Origin: Amoebidium appalachense
Lineage: Eukaryota > Protista > Ichthyosporea
DNA: 64,000 bases
NCBI GenBank assembly: GCA_963693365.1
Contig: CAVNZM010000018.1
Location: forward strand, 1,111,861 to 1,175,860
Direction of reading: 5' to 3'
The notes below the pieces were generated by a model. That model saw only the letters and a list, made by a program, of their open reading frames with translations. It was not told the origin of the DNA and did not search any database. The position numbers and the translations under genes are program-made. How positions within the stretch are numbered: the stretch's first letter is position 1; every line of letters starts with the position of its first letter. Of this stretch, positions 55,431 to 64,000 are shown piece by piece.

Positions 55431-57176
55431 AGCGCGTCATGTCAAACCCCATCTTTTTTTTTTTTTTTTTTTGCTTAATATCTGAACGAAACGGCGCAAG
55501 GCGGGTCTTTGCGCTATGTGTGCATAGAAGTTGCAAGTATGATCATGAATTTTCTGACTGAACGTGAGGCTGGGCTTATACGTCATGCACAGTTCGCCAT
55601 ATCCCGCTTTGATTGTCGACTTATATTTATGTGCATGTGGTGCATAGTTCTACCTTGTGCCGATTGGCGCAAATTTTCAACAAAAAGAATAGGAACATTT
55701 GTTCTGTTTTTGTCGCCTGTTGATCCGCGCGTGTGTTTCCAAAGAATGAAATCATCTTGAGATGCACTCATGTGTCATTGATGGTGGTCGAATGTTGCAG
55801 CTTCATATGCATGTGCTGCTGTTGTGGACTTGCACGGAGCCACAAACTTCGCTTGCACTAGCAACAACTCTCCGCCTAGAGCCTCCCTACCCTCCCCCCC
55901 CCCCCTCCTCCCTACCTCCCCTCCTCCAGCCTCCTCGTCGCACAGCCTCCCCCCCCCCCCCCCCCAATGAATCAACCTGCAAAACAAAATAAAATATAAT
56001 AACACTTATAAACAGCGCACTGTACAGGTGCTTTGCATCTACTTCATGGCCCAAATATTTGCGCCTACACCGCTAGCTCACGCCATGGTTACGACTCACG
56101 AGGTGGCTTCGGCACTACATAATAAATTGCCGCCGCCGCAGTGCAAGATCTCAACACTCGATATACATAAAACAAAACACTGAGTAAAATAACCACAATA
56201 ATATCTGGTAGTATGAATATTTAGTATATGCGCGGTACATACATGAACACCGTATACATGTGCATGCAGATTAATTGAGGTTGCCTATAGTTCTGAGGTT
56301 TGGGCTCAAACCCATGTAAAGCATTCAAATTTTGTTTCTTCTGCCGGCGGGGACTCAAATGCTGGCCGATGCATCGATTGGGAGCTCATGAAGCCGTGCA
56401 TATTCCCGAGGTTTGCGTCCGTTATTACGCGCCTAAATTTATCGTATACCTTACGCGACAATTGCAACACGGTGAACATCGAACATAGAAGAGCGCACGC
56501 CCTGTCTCTGTGCACGTGTGGCCCACACAGCGCACTATAGCTAGCAGGCAGCATGGAGGGCAGCAAGGCCTTTGCGGGCATGGGCGGCACATACACGCAC
56601 GGCCCAGCCACCGCCCTGGCAGCCTATGACGAGGAGGAGGAGGTCGATGGTAGCTGGACCCCTCCCCCCCCCCCCCCCCCCCCCCCCCCACCGCCCTCCC
56701 TTCCCCCTCCCCCCACCCACCGCCCTCCCTTCTCCTGCCCTCCCCTCCCCCCTCCCCCTCCTTCCCCTCCAACCTCCCCCCCCCCCTCTCCCTGCCCCCC
56801 CCTCACCCCCTCCCCCACCTCCCCCTTTCCTGCTCTTCCCCTCCTTATCCCCCCGCTCCTTCCCCCCCCTCCCCCCCCCCTCCCCCGCCTACTTCCCCCC
56901 TCTTCCCCCCCCCCCCTTCCCCCCCCCACGCTTACTGTGATACTGTTTAGGTGTCGTTATGAATGTGTACAGCATTACTTTGTGCTCTATAACTTTCCCC
57001 CGCCGCTCTCACTCAACAGTACCGCACAACACCGTGTTCCCCGGCCCGCTCCCTTCTTCCTGCTTATGCACCTTGCCAACGTGCACTTTGGGAAGCGTTT
57101 GTTGAGTCCACTCTCTCCCGACCATCAACACCCCCCCCCCCCCCCCAAAAAAAAAAAAAAAAAAAAAAAACCCTTT

Positions 57177-57224
<48 letters not shown>

Positions 57225-57275
57225 ACACACAGACACACATGCACACAGCTTTCCATCTTTCCGCTTGCTCATACA

Positions 57276-63077
<5,802 letters not shown>

Positions 63078-63224
63078 GTGGGTGGTTGGTTGGGTGTGGG
63101 GGATGACAAGGGCATATACACAAAAACATACATGTGCACGCAGGCATGCACGCACGTGCTCGTGTGTATGCACACGCAACACATAAGCACACACACACAC
63201 AGACACATGCGAGCATACACCAAT

Positions 63225-63305
<81 letters not shown>

Positions 63306-64000
63306 CACATGCGCAGACACAATACTGCACATATAATAGTGTTCCTGGTCTGTCCTATACACTAGTTCGGAATTCCCATTGGAATTCGTATGTGTAACCC
63401 TATATGGATTACCTGAAAGATTCGGATCATCTGATTGGCCTTACATTCCGAAAGGGCTAGGGTAAGGGCTGCCCTCACCCCATAGGGGTATCACAAATCT
63501 GGAGGCTCTGATGTGCATGTTTTACTCGTTTTTACTAAGAAAAGAGGTTTTGGTCCATTATAAAAAGATGTCGGAAATGAAAACACGTGTACTAAAGATA
63601 TAGGGTGCCAGGGATGTCCGACGTTTCCTTCATCGTTAAAATTGGCCAAAACCCGTCCGGCTAAGCCTCCGATCGTCAGGGTCTTGGTCGATCGTCAATG
63701 ACAAAACCTTAGTTTTTTCTAGCTTTCACCATAATAAGTGGCGGACAGCCCATGCTGCTTATACATTAAATGTGTGTCGCGTTATGTATGCAAATATTAA
63801 TTGGTTGACCAAAACCTGGTTTCTATTCATTTTTTTTAAAATCTGATCACTCAAAGCTTCATTTGGAATATGAGTAGCTCTTTCCCCAGCCCTTCATTAC
63901 GTCATCGATCTGACCGGAGCGAAGCAAAGCCATTGAAAATTTTACATAGGCAATCCGAACTAATGTATTGCTTGGTGCTTGGATTGTTCCAGCCCTTCGA

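Noticed and set aside
56255-56330. tRNA or SINE-like B-box (GGGCTCAAACCC)
   Set aside because: No cloverleaf or A-box could be built.
56553-56660. MEGSKAFAGMGG...DEEEEVDG as the SFSWAP first exon
   Set aside because: Could not be joined confidently in phase to the downstream exons; left unresolved.

Overview
Eukaryotic, intron-rich genomic DNA saturated with (CA)n/(GT)n, (CT)n and long (C)n/(G)n tracts, so most of the ORF track is repeat read-through. Manual GT-AG splicing gives five genes: a secreted heme peroxidase of the peroxidase-cyclooxygenase superfamily (-), an ankyrin-less VARP/ANKRD27-like VPS9 GEF (+), ornithine aminotransferase (-), a long KEN-box coiled-coil protein (+) and an SFSWAP-like splicing factor (+, not finished within what I could trace). 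Gene content suggests a unicellular holozoan-type protist (inference). Mobile DNA includes a 5'-truncated, decayed Naiad/Chlamys-type Penelope-like RT element, a 451-bp non-autonomous partner with pseudo-LTR structure in the VPS9 3' UTR, a TIR element and two MITEs. Top finding: both retroelement copies carry a ~155-160-nt RNA motif with compensatory base changes. It contains every hammerhead core element (GUH, GAAA, CUGANGA) in a permuted, pseudoknotted/kissing order, although this PLE clade is reported to lack canonical hammerheads. All structures were derived by eye and need computational and biochemical confirmation.
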